From Mobula hypostoma (lineage: Eukaryota): a stretch of 64,000 nt of DNA. Position numbers and translations under genes: made by a program. This document shows, piece by piece, positions 61,037 through 64,000 of this stretch (position 1 is the stretch's first letter; the number at the start of each line of letters is the position of its first letter). A model generated the notes under the pieces. It made no database searches, was not told the DNA's origin, and was given only the letters and a program-made list of their open reading frames with translations. Where the stretch lies: the NCBI RefSeq assembly GCF_963921235.1, contig NC_086097.1:39806001-39870000 (forward strand), written 5' to 3'.

Positions 61037-63273
61037 CAACATGAGAAATTCTGCAGATGCCGGAAATCCAAGTAATATGCACAAAATGCTGGAGGAACTC
61101 AACAGGTCAGGCAGCATCCATAGAAATGAACAAACAGTTGACATTTCAGGCGCAAGGCCCTTCTTCAGGACCTGTAATGAAGGGAAAAGATGCCAGAATA
61201 AAAAGTTGCGTGGATGGGAAGGGGGAATAGCTGGAAGGTGATAGTGAAGCCAGGTGGGTAGGAAAGGTAAAGGATTGGAGATGAATGCATTTGATAGGGG
61301 AGGAGAGTGGATCATAGGAGAATGGGATGGAGGAGGGGCACCAGCAGGAGCTGATCCTCAGGTGAGAAGTGTTAAGTTCAAAGTTCAAAATAAACTTATT
61401 ACCAAAGTATTGTACATATATTAATTTTCTAAGAGGCCATAGTGTGGAATAGAAGAAGAGTGGATGTATTTGTTTAGCAGACAGTGAAATTGACATTTAT
61501 GCCATCAAGTTGGAGGCTACCCCAACAGAATATGAGGTGTTGCTCCTCCACCCAGAGGGTTGCCTCATCATGGCACAAGAGGAGGCATGGACTGACATGT
61601 CTGTATGGGAATGGGAATTAGGATTAAAATGTTTGGCCACCGGGAAGTTCCACTTTTGCTGGTTGGTACAAGGGTACTCGATGAAGCTGTCTCACTAATG
61701 TAGAGGAGGCTGCAGCAGAAGCATTGGACATAATAGACAGTGCCAGTAGATTCATAGGAAGGACTGCTTGGGGCCCCGAATGGAGGAGAGGAAGGCAGTG
61801 AATGGTCAGGTTTAGTACTTTGGCCACTTGCTGGGAAGGAGCTTAGTGGGGAGGGGCAAATGGACATGAAATCAAGGAGGGAGCAATTCCAGCAGAAAGC
61901 AGAGAGAGGTGAGGAGGTAAAGAAATGTCTGGTGGTAGGATCCCTTTAGAGATGTCAAAAGATGTGGAGAATGATGTTTTGGATGTGGAAGCCCGTAGAA
62001 TAGCAGGTAAAAACAAGCAAACTCTATCACTGTTAAGGTGGCAGGAAGATGGGGTGCATGTGGATGTCTGGGAAATGGATGAAGAAACTGAGAAAAGGGA
62101 ATAGCATTCTTATAGGAGACAGGGTGGGAAGCGGTATAGTCAAGATAGCCAAGATAGTCAAGAATGAGTAGGTTTATAAGAGTTGTCAGTCAACAGTACC
62201 AACGTAGTTGTCAATATTGTGGAGGATGAATTGGGGAGCATTGCTAGGGAAGGCTTGGAACATGGACTGTTCCATGTAGCCATTGTAAAGGCAGGCAAAT
62301 CTGGGGCCTGTGCGGTTGTCCATAGCTACCTATTGAGTCTGGGAAAAGTGGAAGGAGCCGGAGAAATTATTGAGTGTAAGGACCAGTTCTGCCAGAAGGA
62401 GGAGGGTGGTGGAGGGGAATTGGTTGATTCTTCTATTGAGAAAGAAGCGGAGAGCTTTAAGGCCTTTTTGATGGGGGTATATGGACTGGACATCCAAGGT
62501 GAAAATGAAGTGGTGAGGGCCAGGGAATTGAAAGCTAGAGAGTAGATAGAGAGCATGAGAAATATTGCAGATGTAGGTGGGATGGGACTGAACCAAAGGG
62601 GATAGAATGGAATGAGCCAACAGAAACAGAACGAGCCAAGTTCAGTTTTGCAGGAGCAAGCAGTGACAATGGCCCTACCTGTACAGTCAGGTTTGTGAAT
62701 CTTTGGTAGGAGGTAGAAGTGAGCAATGTTGGGTGAGGGACCTATGAGTTTGGGGGCTGTGGATGGGAGTTCTCCGGAGCTGATGAGGTCAGTGATGGTG
62801 CTGGAGGCAGTTTTCTGATGGACCAGAATGGGATCTTCTTCGAGAAGTTGCCGCCTGGCCTTAGCAAGGTAGAGATCAGCCCACCACACTGCAACAGCTC
62901 CCCCCTTTGCCTGCAGGTTTGATGGCAAGATTGGGATTGGTGTGGAGAGAGTGGAGGGGTGGGTGTTCAGATGGGGTAGGATTTGAGGAGGAATGAGGAA
63001 TGCTGAAATTGAGCTAGTTGATGTCTCGTCACCATTAGAGATGAACATATCCAGGGCAGGCAGAGAACTAGATTAGGGTGTCCAAGAAGATGAGGGAGGT
63101 TGGATATAGGACAAAGGATCATTGGTGCGGGGTGGGGAATTCTTGCTGAAAGTGGGCTCAGGGACAGAAGTGGCAGAAGAATAGCTCGGCGGGTTGGGAT
63201 GGGTGGGGAGCCCATTGAGGTGTGGGTGAAGGAGACAAAGGCACCAAGGTGCAGGCAAAAGAAGTCAAAGGCA
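61037..63273 (-). mobile_element. Penelope-like element: RT + GIY-YIG endonuclease + pLTR (decayed)
   Basis: KGGAVAVW, FYLLPKIHKP..GRAIV, FTLDVQSIY, ELVLTLNNF (PLE RT); VYYVQC..LLYISET (GIY-YIG); flanked by TTATTCTT (61029-61036, 63274-63281). Confidence 0.9.
61135..61173 (-). ncRNA. Minimal hammerhead ribozyme motif in pLTR
   Basis: Minus strand AGGTC-CTGAAGA-AGGGCCTTGCGCCT-GAAA-TGTC-AACTG. Confidence 0.6.
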
Positions 63274-64000
63274 TTATTCTTACCCTCATTGGCCCATGGC
63301 ACAGGCAGCAATCAGAGCCTCACTGGTCCTCCTTTTCAGCTTTCCACCTAACTCCTGATATTCTCTCTTCAGGACTTCTTCCCTTTTCCTACCTATGTCA
63401 TTGGCATCTATATGTACCACAACTTCCAGATGTTCACCCTTCCCCTTTAGAATGTGGTGGACCTGACCTGAGACATTCCGAACCCTGATATCTGAGAGAC
63501 AACTTACCATCCAAGTGTCTCTTTCACGTCTACAGAATCTAATGTCTGCTCCTCTAATTACGGAATCTACTATCACTACTGCTTTTCTCTTCTCCACCCC
63601 TCCACTTCCCTTCTGAGCCACAGAGACAGACTCAGTGCCAGAGATCAGCTCAATCCAGTAAGTCATCCCCCAAAACAGTATCCAAAATGGTATGCTTATT
63701 ATTGAGTCACAGGGGTACTCTACACTGACTGCCTATTCCCTTTCCCTCTGCTGACTGTTTCCCAGGTACATGCCTTCTGCAACTTAGGGGGATAGTTCCT
63801 ATTTATCACTTCCTCATTTTCCCATATGAGCTGCAGGTTATCCAGTGGCATAACATGGTCTCTATCGAGCTACAGCTCAGGGCACTTGAGGGAGACTGGA
63901 GGTCTCATGAAGTTCCCACATCTCATACAAGGAACATACCACTAGCTATGCACTAACAGAAAAAAAACTTACTAGAAACATAGTTAGAAACTCTGCCTGT

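Larger units (their letters stand above)
58400..63960 (-). mobile_element. Internally deleted old CR1 (ORF1 esterase to 3'UTR) hosting SINE, MITE and PLE
   Basis: ORF 63286..63666 (VVIVDSVIRG esterase), 59929..60345 (ADFN..SDHN), 59262..59522. Confidence 0.8.

Overview
Eukaryotic, AT-rich, CpG-depleted vertebrate DNA dominated by transposable elements. The repeat set (CR1 LINEs with esterase ORF1, Rex1/Babar LINEs, V-SINEs, Penelope-like elements) suggests a cartilaginous fish such as a ray or shark; that assignment is inference. No confidently identifiable host gene is present. Almost all ORFs in the track are TE fragments or antisense noise, and there is one weak candidate exon at 10871-11162. 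Recognisable elements include a near-intact full-length CR1 (46767-53943, minus) with a second CR1 nested in it, many truncated CR1 and Rex1 copies, a decayed Sushi-like chromoviral Gypsy element with both LTRs, two inverted solo LTRs with 4-bp TSDs, a hAT (Charlie/Buster-like) transposase remnant and MITE, and several Penelope-like elements (PLEs). The most interesting signal is a set of minimal type-I hammerhead ribozyme motifs (CUGANGA-stem II-GAAA-CGUC) in two unrelated sequence families. Two of them sit in ~190-bp, TSD-flanked, non-coding fold-back insertions (15781-15973 and 42618-42805). In the first, the inversion junction coincides with the predicted ribozyme cleavage site and stem I. 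TE boundaries were read by eye and are approximate unless a TSD is quoted.
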